DNA of 63,395 nucleotides, filler included, from Octopus bimaculoides (lineage: Eukaryota), in NCBI RefSeq assembly GCF_001194135.2. It is 4 parts of 4 records of this genome, joined end to end, with 100 filler letters (N's around TTAATTAATTAA, not from the genome) between each part and the next. Parts side by side here need not be neighbours in the genome. Positions count along the whole stretch, not along the records: positions 55,312 to 63,395 come from NC_068987.1; 3 more parts are not named here. One strand, 5' to 3'. Below are positions 63,324-63,395 of the stretch, in pieces. The position numbers were made by a program, and so were the translations under genes. Position 1 is the first letter of the stretch, and each line of letters starts with the position of its first letter. The notes under the pieces were generated by a model, which was not told where the DNA came from, searched no databases, and saw nothing but the letters and a program-made list of their open reading frames with translations.

Positions 63324-63333
63324 CCATCTATCC

Positions 63334-63369
<36 letters not shown>

Positions 63370-63395
63370 CTCTCTCTCTCTCTCTCTCTATATAT

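Overview
This is a eukaryotic, very AT-rich, microsatellite-saturated genomic window with many N gaps. The SINE repertoire and simple-repeat load look like an octopus (cephalopod) draft assembly; that is an inference, not a database result. There is no prokaryotic-style gene content, no rRNA or tRNA gene and no CRISPR array. Nearly all ORFs in the supplied track come from (TA)n/(CA)n/(AAT)n/(GAT)n repeats or N runs. What the sequence supports: (1) one convincing coding exon (33284-33381, +) encoding an EF-hand-entry-like peptide, plus several weaker exon candidates on both strands; (2) about 35 copies of several SINE/RTE-tail families; (3) a nested transposon graveyard at about 36-59 kb, containing three different mariner transposase relics (two with TIRs and TA target duplications), R4/Dong-type and RTE LINE fragments, an internally deleted Gypsy element with both LTRs, a separate LTR with a tRNA-Trp-like PBS, a hAT relic with a BED-like finger, Helitron 3' ends and a modular foldback/Helentron-like repeat cluster; (4) several short near-perfect hairpins. 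I did not find compelling evidence of an intact novel biological system. The best leads are the orphan EF-hand-like exon, an inverted duplicated acceptor+exon unit, the intronic hairpin cluster and the modular foldback array.
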